Part shown: positions 1 to 8,251 of the stretch, piece after piece
How positions within the stretch are numbered: position 1 is the first letter of the stretch
Layout: each line of letters begins with the position of its first letter
Origin: a virus
Strand: one strand, 5' to 3'
IMG/VR virus record: IMGVR_UViG_3300011980_000002
Location: 32,001-96,000 of that record
DNA length: 64,000 bases
Program-made: the position numbers and the translations under genes
Notes under the pieces: model-generated
What the model saw: only the letters and a program-made list of their open reading frames with translations
What the model was told of the DNA's origin: nothing
Databases searched by the model: none

Positions 1-1879
1 GTTTTCCTTCAGGTACTTTAATCTTCTTTAAAGCAATTTGTTTATATATATCTTCTTGACTGAAGAATATCTGTAATTTAGGAGATTTATATGCCCAGAA
101 TATTTTAGATAATTCATCATACTCTATAGTGGTAATTCTATTATTATTCGTAACCATAGCATTACCCATTTCAAATCTCTTAGCAAAATCACTATTCTTA
201 GCTAATATCTTTTTAAGTATAGCTATAGAAGATAATGTCTTAATATCTACTCTTCTAACGAACATCTTATTATAGTTAGTAACTATCTGTACAGTATCTT
301 CTCCGGTTTTTACTAATGGTAAAAGAAACTCTTGGTTCATTATAAGTTTCTTATTACCACCTAAATACATAAATTTATTATCTATGAATTTAGGTATATC
401 AAATTTCATAGTAGTTCTTTGTCTATTACCATCTTCTAATTCTACAGTGTATGTATCTACATAGTTAAGTTCATCTGATGTATCTTCTACTTTAATATTT
501 CTTATAAAGATAGGTAATGATTTATCTGATAATGATGTTATTGCCTCAGATATATCTTTAGGCATTACTTTCTCTATATAAGTCTTATTATGATTAACAA
601 ACTTAGACTTAGCCATATTTTTATTAGTAGACTTAATATGGTTAGATATATCGGTAGATGGTATTTCTACTTTATTAGTATTTAATTCATGTAAAGCTTT
701 TAATGTCATATTACCAAGCATTATCTTCTCTTGGTTCTTTCTTAGTAATTCATCCCTAGCTGTACTTGCAGTAGACTTGGCTACTGTCTTTTTACCAAAT
801 GAAGATTTATATAATTTCTCTATAGCTTTATTATCTTCTTCAGTAGCCATTTCAACTTCATTAGCGATAACTTCTTCTATTTCATCATCACTAGAGTTTT
901 TAGCTACATCAGAACTCATTATTTTCTCTTCAACATCTTTAATCTTATCTTTAATGATATTAGCTACTTCTTTATCATCATCTTCAGTTTCTTCTTCCTC
1001 TTTATTATACTCCTCTAAATCAGTAACTTCATTTGGGTCTTCATTAATATCAGTATCTTTATCACCAGTAACTCTTTGCTTAATATTAGATACAATAGTA
1101 TCGTGAAGTTCATCCTTATTGATAGTCTCTTCATCAAGTTCTTTCTCTATACTAATATTAGCAGTTCTGTATAATCTCTTAAGTTCTGTCATTAATGTCG
1201 TATATGACTTATCATCACATTTTGATGGGTTAACTCTTACCGTATGAAGTTTATTAAAGATATAAAAATCTAAATTTATATCTTTAATTAATTCAGGTCT
1301 TTTAAGTAAGGTATAATATAACATATACACAGGATTATCTATTAATTCAATCACTCTTCCTTTAATGATATTCCTAAAGTTATTAATGTCTATTAATACC
1401 ATCTTCTCATTATACTTCTTTATTCCTGGAGTATTGAGAATTCCTTTAAAATAATCCCAGAAAGTTTCCATTTTAACTCTTGGTAATAATTTTTTAGTAA
1501 ATGTCTTATATATTTCAAAATACTTACTAAAGTCAAAGAATGTATTCCTATTCATATCATTCATATTAATATCTTGATATGGATAAGGATGTATAGAAGT
1601 TTTATTTTCTATCTCATTCTTAAATTCTCTTTTCTTGTTAAGTAAGTTTATATTATAGACTTTATGATATAACTTACCTCTATATCTTAATGGATAATAA
1701 TAATATTTATAATTATTGGTAGCAATATAATTGGTCTTATCATTAATGATATTAAACGACTCATTTCTGTTATTAGTCATTAATATAATAATATTATCTT
1801 TACCCATTGGATTTCCATTAGGTAAGGTTACCTTTTTTCTTGTAAATTTTAATTCAGGTATATCCTTTGGAGTTATCAT
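1..1879 (-). CDS. Large protein, N-terminal ~626 aa (3' end runs off the window); possibly the N-terminal half of a split RNA polymerase beta-like subunit
   Basis: The minus-strand frame is open from the ATG at 1879-1877 down to position 1. It is absent from the ORF track only because no stop lies in the window. It contains an acidic low-complexity linker, which is the antisense of spurious ORF 777-1106. The segment FDIPKFIDNKFMYLGGNKKLIMNQ weakly resembles the beta-subunit GxFxxNGxxxVxxxQ block. The functional call is weak. Confidence 0.5.
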   Translation of the reverse strand, partial: MITPKDIPELKFTRKKVTLPNGNPMGKDNIIILMTNNRNESFNIINDKTNYIATNNYKYYYYPLRYRGKLYHKVYNINLLNKKREFKNEIENKTSIHPYPYQDINMNDMNRNTFFDFSKYFEIYKTFTKKLLPRVKMETFWDYFKGILNTPGIKKYNEKMVLIDINNFRNIIKGRVIELIDNPVYMLYYTLLKRPELIKDINLDFYIFNKLHTVRVNPSKCDDKSYTTLMTELKRLYRTANISIEKELDEETINKDELHDTIVSNIKQRVTGDKDTDINEDPNEVTDLEEYNKEEEETEDDDKEVANIIKDKIKDVEEKIMSSDVAKNSSDDEIEEVIANEVEMATEEDNKAIEKLYKSSFGKKTVAKSTASTARDELLRKNQEKIMLGNMTLKALHELNTNKVEIPSTDISNHIKSTNKNMAKSKFVNHNKTYIEKVMPKDISEAITSLSDKSLPIFIRNIKVEDTSDELNYVDTYTVELEDGNRQRTTMKFDIPKFIDNKFMYLGGNKKLIMNQEFLLPLVKTGEDTVQIVTNYNKMFVRRVDIKTLSSIAILKKILAKNSDFAKRFEMGNAMVTNNNRITTIEYDELSKIFWAYKSPKLQIFFSQEDIYKQIALKKIKVPEGK

Positions 1880-2023
1880 ATTAACTTAATTAGTACCCCT
1901 TTCTTTAATTTTCATAGACTTAAATCTATGTTTTTTGGACATATTATTAGCTTTTATAAATAAAATCACATTTAGATATAATATAATCTATAATTATGAA
2001 AGGAATGAAAGATTTAAATAATT

Positions 2024-3196
2024 ATGGGAATTGAATTAAATAATGAACAAATCATGGCTACATATAAAGCTGAGTCATGGTGGAAATCAAGAGATAAACA
2101 AGTATTTGAAATATCCGGAGCTGCTGGAACAGGTAAAACTACATTAGTATGTTATTTAATAGAGAAATTTGGTTTAGATATGGATGAAGTATTATTTGTT
2201 GCATATATGGGAAAAGCTGTATCCCAATTAAGTAAACATGGTTTACCTGCTAAAACTATACATTCCACAATATATGACTATGAAAGAGTTCCTGATAAAG
2301 ATGAAGATGGGAATATAATCTTTAAACCTAATGGAAGAATTAAAATGGTTGGAAGATTTACATTAAAAGAAAAAATCTCTAAGAAGATTAAATTAATTAT
2401 AGTAGATGAAGGGTCTACTGTAGAAAAGAAAATGGGACAAGATTTATTATCATTTGGAGTTCCTATTATAGTATTAGGAGATTTAAACCAGTTACCACCC
2501 CCATTCGGAACTTCTATATTCTTAGATAAACCAGATATTATATTATCACAAATAATGAGACAAGCTGAGGGTGACCCTATAGTATGGTTATCTCAACAAG
2601 TACTCCATGGTAAAAGATTATCTGTAGGAGTTTATGGTAATTCTTCTGTTATTAATAAAGACAATATGTCAGATTTTATACTTAAACAAGCAGATATAGT
2701 TTTAACAGGGACTAATTTATTAAGATATCATATGAATAATCATTTCAGGGAAAATATTAAGAATTATAAAAATTTAGATTTTCCACATATTGGAGAAAAA
2801 TTAATCTGTAGAAAGAATAACTGGGATAGAATTATAGATGATGGAATTTATTTAACTAATGGAACTACTGGAGTATGTACATACTTTGAAAAAGAGTCTT
2901 ATAATGGTAAAACTTGTGTTATAGATTTCAAAAGTGATTTTAGTAAAAAGGAACTTAGAAATTTAAAGATAGATTATAATAGACTTAAGACACAAAATAC
3001 TATGGAAGAAGGATATAGTGACTATACATTAGATGTATTTGAATATGCTTATGCAATTACCGTACATAGTTCACAAGGTAGTCAATATCCAAATGTAATA
3101 CTATTAAATGAAGAATTCTTAAGTAAAGCTGATTATAAGAAATGGTTATATACGGGAATAACCAGAGCAATGAAATCTGTTACAGTAGTATTATAA
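2024..3196 (+). CDS. SF1 DNA helicase (Dda/RecD/Pif1-like)
   Basis: Walker A GAAGTGKTT, Walker B IIVDEGS, LGDLNQLPP, and C-terminal ITVHSSQGSQY. A GAAAGGA-type SD lies upstream. Confidence 0.85.
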   Translation: MGIELNNEQIMATYKAESWWKSRDKQVFEISGAAGTGKTTLVCYLIEKFGLDMDEVLFVAYMGKAVSQLSKHGLPAKTIHSTIYDYERVPDKDEDGNIIFKPNGRIKMVGRFTLKEKISKKIKLIIVDEGSTVEKKMGQDLLSFGVPIIVLGDLNQLPPPFGTSIFLDKPDIILSQIMRQAEGDPIVWLSQQVLHGKRLSVGVYGNSSVINKDNMSDFILKQADIVLTGTNLLRYHMNNHFRENIKNYKNLDFPHIGEKLICRKNNWDRIIDDGIYLTNGTTGVCTYFEKESYNGKTCVIDFKSDFSKKELRNLKIDYNRLKTQNTMEEGYSDYTLDVFEYAYAITVHSSQGSQYPNVILLNEEFLSKADYKKWLYTGITRAMKSVTVVL

Positions 3197-3202
3197 AAGA
3201 AA

Positions 3203-3248
3203 ATAATTATAGACTATAGTAGAATTAACTACTATAGTCTATAATTAT
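3203..3248 (+). terminator. Perfect 20-bp stem hairpin after the helicase gene
   Basis: ataattatagactatagtag / ctactatagtctataattat with a 6-nt loop. There is no clear T-tract on the plus strand, so termination is plausible but not certain. Confidence 0.5.
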
Positions 3249-3343
3249 TAAAAAAGCGTATTTATGAAAAAAGAAGATTTAGCTAAAAATATTATATACC
3301 GTATAATATTTACTAATATGTTATATAAGATATTAATATTAGC

Positions 3344-3369
3344 TATATAATATTAAGATGTAATATAAA
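3344..3369 (+). promoter_or_regulatory. Early-type phage promoter-like motif
   Basis: tatataatattaagatgtaatataaa matches the recurrent TATATAATATT-N(3-6)-TGTAA motif, ~25 nt upstream of the AAAGGAGAAA SD. Confidence 0.45.
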
Positions 3370-3395
3370 TATAAATTTTAAAGGAGAAAATAAAT

Positions 3396-4139
3396 ATGAG
3401 AGTTGATGTTTTTGATATAATAAATACTCACGCAAGTCTAGTGAGTAAAGATGAGATTTGTAAACTAATGGAAGATATATGGTCAGAAATGGATTACTTC
3501 GAAGTAGATTCATTTTTACCAATATTATTTAAGAGACTTTTTAGCATGGAACGCTTCGATCCAATTGCTATGGAAATATCATCAAATAGCTGCAATATTA
3601 GTATTCGTATTGATGGTTATCCAGGTTGTATGGTTGATTTCGATTATACACTTAGTAGATATTCGGATGGGTTCATTATACAATTAACATCTGTTGATGA
3701 TATACTATTCTTCAACTCCAAAGGATTTCCATTGATATATAGATTGAAAATAGGTGATATGATTAAAAAGAATAGAACTGAGGAATTTACTAAGCTTGAA
3801 TATTTACATTTAGTAGGCAAAGTCAGTCCCGAAGACTACAATACAATTGGAGATATGTTTAAATCTATACCGTCTACAGCTATGATAAATCCTTACAAAA
3901 TTTTTAATATATTAACAAATTACTATTCTAGGTATGCGAGGAGTGAAACAACAGTATATCTAGGCAATGCAGATATTGGTAAATACATACTAGATATCGT
4001 TATTAAAGATCATGATCTTATCCTCAAATATGGGATTTCTCAATCATACGAAGATAATTCGTGTTATGCGAAACTTATTAGTACCGACTATGAGAATTTA
4101 AATTTTCCAATAATATATGATTTTGGTATAAAACTCTAA
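3396..4139 (+). CDS. Fam-A paralog 1 (two ~115-aa modules), unknown function
   Basis: Aligns with 6338-7078 (MRVD../MKID.., DSF..LF.RLF, SVDD..F.NS..FPLIY.L). The C-terminus FPIIYDFGIKL matches the family ending YPIIKELSVKI. Conserved SD aaaggagaaaataaatatg. Confidence 0.8.
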   Translation: MRVDVFDIINTHASLVSKDEICKLMEDIWSEMDYFEVDSFLPILFKRLFSMERFDPIAMEISSNSCNISIRIDGYPGCMVDFDYTLSRYSDGFIIQLTSVDDILFFNSKGFPLIYRLKIGDMIKKNRTEEFTKLEYLHLVGKVSPEDYNTIGDMFKSIPSTAMINPYKIFNILTNYYSRYARSETTVYLGNADIGKYILDIVIKDHDLILKYGISQSYEDNSCYAKLISTDYENLNFPIIYDFGIKL

Positions 4140-4148
4140 AAAAAAAAC

Positions 4149-4186
4149 ACTACCAGATAGTGCTTTATATAATATTATCTGGTAGT
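4149..4186 (+). terminator. Hairpin (11-bp stem) between Fam-A genes
   Basis: actaccagata / tatctggtagt. The loop overlaps the promoter-like motif of the next gene. Confidence 0.4.
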
Positions 4187-4192
4187 AATAAA
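4166..4192 (+). promoter_or_regulatory. Early-type promoter-like motif
   Basis: tatataatattatctggtagtaataaa upstream of the SD caaaggagaaagaaatatg. Confidence 0.4.
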
Positions 4193-4222
4193 AATATTAG
4201 TTAATTCAAAGGAGAAAGAAAT

Positions 4223-4579
4223 ATGGAAATAAAGAAGTCTAACAATAAAATTTTATCATTGCAATTATTTGGCAATGTTTTATTAAGAGATTACGAGTAC
4301 ATAGAAGAAGTATTTGGTAAAATAGAATCTGATCGTTTACAAGATAGTATATTTGAAGCAATGTATACGGTATATAGGGGACGTCCAATATTGACAGTAA
4401 ATCGATATCAAAATGCACAAAATTGTATATATGTGAGTATCGGTAATGTTACAATCGACTATTATACAGAGTTTGATCGTTCGACTAATATATTAACAAT
4501 AAAAGCAGGTTCTATTGAAGGTGCTGATGCTAATAGATATCTGATAATTAGATCATTATCTGTAAAAATAAATAATTAA
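4223..4579 (+). CDS. Fam-A paralog 2 (single module)
   Basis: ILSLQLFGNVLLRDYEYIEE...IDYYTEFDRSTNILTIK...YLIIRSLSVKINN aligns with the C-terminal modules of 4601-5311 and 6338-7078. Confidence 0.8.
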   Translation: MEIKKSNNKILSLQLFGNVLLRDYEYIEEVFGKIESDRLQDSIFEAMYTVYRGRPILTVNRYQNAQNCIYVSIGNVTIDYYTEFDRSTNILTIKAGSIEGADANRYLIIRSLSVKINN

Positions 4580-4600
4580 ATTTTAAAGGAGAAAATAAAT

Positions 4601-5311
4601 ATGAGAGTTGAAACTGAAATACTTTACAAACCTGATGGAAAAACTATAAAAGTTATAACTGAAGATTATGTAAAATATTTAATAGATGAATCTTCTCGTA
4701 AGTATAATTGTACTGATGAGTCATTTATAATGTGTTCATTGTTTAATGATACTGGAGACATAGACCATTTTGAAAAGAGCAGTAATGGTACTCTTGTGAT
4801 ATTTTATAAAAGTAATTGTAGTGTAAACTATTATTACAGCTTTAAAGATAATCTTATAGATTTAAGATTGTGCAATATATCTAACTTTCAGTATTTTGTA
4901 GATAATGGTATATTAATATATGAAAAAATATTAATATCGAGAATCAATGATAAAATAAAGAAGTTTGACAATGAAATTTTATCATTACAATTATTTGGTA
5001 ATGTATCATTGGAAGATTATAGATGTATAGGAAATGCATTTAGTGAAATGGTATATAGCCCAATACATCCGTTTGATAAATTAATTGAGGTGATGTATGA
5101 CATATCTCCGAAATGTGAACCTTTACGTATTAAGCATGATTTTGAACCATTTGATACTTTGTATGTAGAAATTGGAGATACTGAAATTGAGTATTGTTCA
5201 GAATTTGACACGAATACTAATATATTAAAAATAAGGCTAGTTTCTATTGATAATTTTAATGATAATAAATATCCGATAATTAAAGAATTATCTGTAAAAA
5301 TATATAATTAA
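4601..5311 (+). CDS. Fam-A paralog 3 (two modules)
   Basis: C-terminal module ILSLQLFGNVSLEDY...IEYCSEFDTNTNILKIR...YPIIKELSVKIYN. Same SD as 3396 (aaaggagaaaataaatatgaga). Confidence 0.8.
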   Translation: MRVETEILYKPDGKTIKVITEDYVKYLIDESSRKYNCTDESFIMCSLFNDTGDIDHFEKSSNGTLVIFYKSNCSVNYYYSFKDNLIDLRLCNISNFQYFVDNGILIYEKILISRINDKIKKFDNEILSLQLFGNVSLEDYRCIGNAFSEMVYSPIHPFDKLIEVMYDISPKCEPLRIKHDFEPFDTLYVEIGDTEIEYCSEFDTNTNILKIRLVSIDNFNDNKYPIIKELSVKIYN

Positions 5312-5385
5312 GTTTATTGGGGTATATTATCATGACAGAAATAAATGATATTGATAAGTGCTGTATTAAATAAAAATTATAACTT

Positions 5386-5427
5386 ATCCGTATTATTTCA
5401 TTATATATATACTATTTATGTGTAAAT
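5386..5427 (+). promoter_or_regulatory. Extended early-type promoter-like motif (ATCCGTAT variant)
   Basis: atccgtattatttcattatatatatactatttatgtgtaaat. The same ~42-nt architecture recurs at 7982, 18827 and 44059. Confidence 0.45.
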
Positions 5428-5529
5428 AAAAAAATATATCAATTCAAAGGAGAAAGAAATATGAGAATTAAGAAATTGGAGTTAGTAAATAACAGTAAAT
5501 ATGAAGGAGCTTTAAATGTAATATAAACC

Positions 5530-6216
5530 ATGAATGAGCATATTGAAGAGTTTAATCCTGTTGAGTATATAAATAGACTCTTTAGGAAACTCCTTGTATT
5601 TAATGATAATTACGAGGATGTAAAAACTTGTGTAGATATGAACAAAGGTATTGTTACAATAAAGTGTGATTATGAAAGAGTCGTCATTGTATATAATATT
5701 AAAGTTAAATACGGTGACCTAGAATTATCTCTAAAATCTGTTAATGATTTTGAATATTTTGCAAATAGAAGTCTTTCAGTAATTCATAAACTTATTATAA
5801 CAGATTTACCGGAAGGTATTGAAGATGAGGATCGTGAATTATATAATCATGAAATATCCAATATGATACTTATCGGAAATGTAATGTCTAGGCATTATGA
5901 AATTATCAGAAATAAATTCTTATCAATTAAACCTGATAAAGATTTAGATGTTTATAAAGTGGTTAATAGGTTATATGACCATTATGACAACTATAGAAAT
6001 GCCTCAGTTACCATAACTGAGACAGCTATAGATCAATTTAAATATAATGTAACTATAACTATGGGAAGTGGCTATCAGAAGCTTGAGTATATAATCTCAT
6101 TAAATCAGAAAGATAATACTATAAGTATTAAGCTTATTGAGGATGAAGATGATGAGATAGAAGCTAATTACCCAGTGATAGCTGCTGTTGATATTAAACT
6201 CAATAAAGAAAGGTAA
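5530..6216 (+). CDS. Fam-A paralog 4 (diverged). The family-type start and SD lie at 5461 but are cut off by an in-frame TAA
   Basis: Ends YPVIAAVDIKLNK (family ending). The consensus SD+ATG at 5444-5463 opens MRIKKLELVNNSKYEGALNVI, followed by TAA at 5524-5526 in the same frame as 5530. Confidence 0.65.
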   Translation: MNEHIEEFNPVEYINRLFRKLLVFNDNYEDVKTCVDMNKGIVTIKCDYERVVIVYNIKVKYGDLELSLKSVNDFEYFANRSLSVIHKLIITDLPEGIEDEDRELYNHEISNMILIGNVMSRHYEIIRNKFLSIKPDKDLDVYKVVNRLYDHYDNYRNASVTITETAIDQFKYNVTITMGSGYQKLEYIISLNQKDNTISIKLIEDEDDEIEANYPVIAAVDIKLNKER

Positions 6217-6221
6217 TAAAA

Positions 6222-6268
6222 AATACCAGTTGATACTTATTATAGTTATTGACTGGTATTTTTTTTTT
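6222..6268. terminator. Rho-independent terminator
   Basis: aataccagt / actggtatt stem flanked by an A-run and a T-run. Confidence 0.65.
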
Positions 6269-6286
6269 ATAGTTATGAACATCATC

Positions 6287-6310
6287 TATATAATATTAAT
6301 TTGTAATAAA
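6287..6310 (+). promoter_or_regulatory. Early-type promoter-like motif
   Basis: tatataatattaatttgtaataaa, identical to the copy at 26789-26812. Confidence 0.5.
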
Positions 6311-6337
6311 TAATTAATTTTAAAGGAGAAAAGAAAT

Positions 6338-7078
6338 ATGAAAATTGATAATTTAAAGTTGATAAATGATAACAGAAGCAAATTATCTGGAGAAGAACTT
6401 CGCGAATTAATATATAATATATGGGTTGGCATGGAACGAGATTTCGATATAGATTCATTTGTATCAAGATTATTCGAGAGACTTTTTGATATAGTGTGTT
6501 CTGATGCACTGAATGTAGATATATCTGTAAAAGGTTCTAATATACATATTAATATCAATAGAGGTGTTATTCGTATGAGTTATCTTATTATTAGATATTT
6601 TGATAGTTTTAAGATTACCATAGCTTCTGTTGATGATGTTCCATTTATAAATAGTTGGGAATTTCCATTGATATATGAGTTGAGTTTGAGTGATTTTGTT
6701 AAAAAGAACAATTCCAAAGAATCTCATAATGAAATTATATCATTACAATTATTTGGTAATGTATTATTTAGAGATTACGAGTACATAGAAGAGTTATTCC
6801 GTGAAATTGATTATGGACCAAATTTTTCATATGCTATCAAACTACGTCAACCAATATATACTATATATGCAAAATACTCACCTTTATTATATGTAGATTA
6901 TCAACGTGGTACAACTAATAGATTATGTGTGAAATTTGGAGATGTCGAGATTATTTATTATATAGAATTTGACACGTCTAATATTGTATTAAAAATAACA
7001 CCATTTTCCGTCAAAGGTATTACAGATAATTATCCGATAATTAAAGAATTATCTGTAAAAATAAATAAGAATAACTAA
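6338..7078 (+). CDS. Fam-A paralog 5 (two modules)
   Basis: Both the N module (FPLIYELSLSD) and the C module (IISLQLFGNVLFRDYEYIEE...YPIIKELSVKINK) are present. Confidence 0.8.
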   Translation: MKIDNLKLINDNRSKLSGEELRELIYNIWVGMERDFDIDSFVSRLFERLFDIVCSDALNVDISVKGSNIHININRGVIRMSYLIIRYFDSFKITIASVDDVPFINSWEFPLIYELSLSDFVKKNNSKESHNEIISLQLFGNVLFRDYEYIEELFREIDYGPNFSYAIKLRQPIYTIYAKYSPLLYVDYQRGTTNRLCVKFGDVEIIYYIEFDTSNIVLKITPFSVKGITDNYPIIKELSVKINKNN

Positions 7079-7263
7079 TTTATTAGAAAGGTAATATAAA
7101 TTATAATATGGATGATGAAAAAGAAAGAATTAAAAAATATTTCGAAGATATTGTATAGGATACTAGATATTCTGAGAAATTTAAAGAAGCTTGTAATAAC
7201 GATCAGATGATATCGAATATTGAAATTGAAAAAGAATGATGTTGAAATTTGGGGTAATGATAA

Positions 7264-7614
7264 ATGGCAGAAGCACTAAGAGAAATAAACCAAAATAAAT
7301 TTACTGTTAATATACCAAAAGAAGGATTGATGAATAAAGTGGTAATCAACCAATTCTTAGGTAAAAAAGAACTACGAGTTTGTATGTACCTTATGACAAT
7401 ATTATCTGGATGGTCGGACAATAGAAGAAATTCGGTATATGCAAAAGCCGATGACCCAAAGAACTATACTTCTATAAGTATATCTAAGATAAGTGAAATA
7501 CTTCACTTAGATAAAGATGATGTTGAAAAGTCTATAAAGAAGTTAGTTAAAGAAGGTATATTAGAGAAGGGTGAAGGTAAATCGACCAAGAAAGGTTACA
7601 GATTTACTTTCTAA
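7264..7614 (+). CDS. Small winged-helix/HTH DNA-binding protein (putative regulator)
   Basis: ISKISEILHLDKDDVEKSIKKLVKEGILEK resembles an HTH recognition helix plus wing of the MarR/wHTH type. Confidence 0.5.
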   Translation: MAEALREINQNKFTVNIPKEGLMNKVVINQFLGKKELRVCMYLMTILSGWSDNRRNSVYAKADDPKNYTSISISKISEILHLDKDDVEKSIKKLVKEGILEKGEGKSTKKGYRFTF

Positions 7615-7638
7615 AATAAATATTATTGGGGGTTATAT

Positions 7639-7968
7639 ATGAATAAATTTGAAGAGATGCTACATAAACTTGATGTAGAAGCTGGAGAAAATTACAATAA
7701 AATTCTCAGGTCTATAGAAACATCTGCAATAATAACAAAGAATAAAGTTACTCAAATACAATGGTCAGGTTCAGAATATAGTAATAAAAAACGTGATAAT
7801 ATAGAGTATATAGAAATGCCGGATGGTTCATATGCGAAATTTGTAAGAATCGATGGTATATGGTATATGGAAATAGGAATAATACTTTCTAACTACCATA
7901 TAGCATTTATAGAATATTTGAATGTTGATGAGTACCTGAATACTGGTAATTTTGTAGTGATGAAATAA
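7639..7968 (+). CDS. Hypothetical protein
   Basis: ORF with SD ttggggg upstream, tightly following 7264-7614. Confidence 0.6.
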   Translation: MNKFEEMLHKLDVEAGENYNKILRSIETSAIITKNKVTQIQWSGSEYSNKKRDNIEYIEMPDGSYAKFVRIDGIWYMEIGIILSNYHIAFIEYLNVDEYLNTGNFVVMK

Positions 7969-7981
7969 GTACTTGATGTAT

Positions 7982-8025
7982 ATCCGTATATCTCCTTTCT
8001 ATATATACATACTATTCATGTGTAT
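7982..8025 (+). promoter_or_regulatory. Extended early-type promoter-like motif (ATCCGTAT variant)
   Basis: atccgtatatctcctttctatatatacatactattcatgtgtat. Confidence 0.45.
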
Positions 8026-8057
8026 CTGAATATATATATAGGAAGGAGAATAGAATT

Positions 8058-8153
8058 ATGGGATACGGAACCATTTTATACGGTACAAACCCAGTGACAA
8101 TATTTTTATTTGTTGCCATCTGGGGCATCGTATTCTTCTGGGATAGAGTCTAA
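8058..8153 (+). CDS. 31-aa hydrophobic micro-protein (not in the ORF track)
   Basis: SD ggaaggaga, ATG at 8058, peptide MGYGTILYGTNPVTIFLFVAIWGIVFFWDRV (one TM-like helix). It has its own promoter-like motif and a terminator. Confidence 0.5.
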   Translation: MGYGTILYGTNPVTIFLFVAIWGIVFFWDRV

Positions 8154-8184
8154 TAACTTCATCCCAGAAGTTATTTTTTTTTTT
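8135..8184 (+). terminator. Terminator (9-bp stem plus a long T-tract)
   Basis: cttctggga / tcccagaag followed by ttattttttttttt. Confidence 0.55.
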
Positions 8185-8251
8185 GTATTATAACCATTTA
8201 TCCTGATAGTAACGATAGTATAACCATATTGGAAAGGATTGTTATATTAAA

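Noticed and set aside
777-1106. Plus-strand 109-aa ORF rich in S/L/I.
   Set aside because: It is the antisense of the acidic low-complexity part of the long minus-strand gene (1-1879). It has no SD and a low-complexity translation.
6100-6727. Minus-strand ORFs 6100-6285, 6282-6509, 6286-6558 and 6470-6727.
   Set aside because: They are antisense to Fam-A genes and to their terminator/promoter region. Their translations are low-complexity I/L/F/Y-rich, as expected from AT-rich antisense sequence.
7108-7239. Small ORF MDDEKERIKKYFEDIV*DTRYSEKFKEACNNDQMISNIEIEKE with one in-frame TAG.
   Set aside because: The SD is weak and distant, and only 16 codons precede the stop. It cannot be distinguished from chance in AT-rich sequence. 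It may be a gene remnant.
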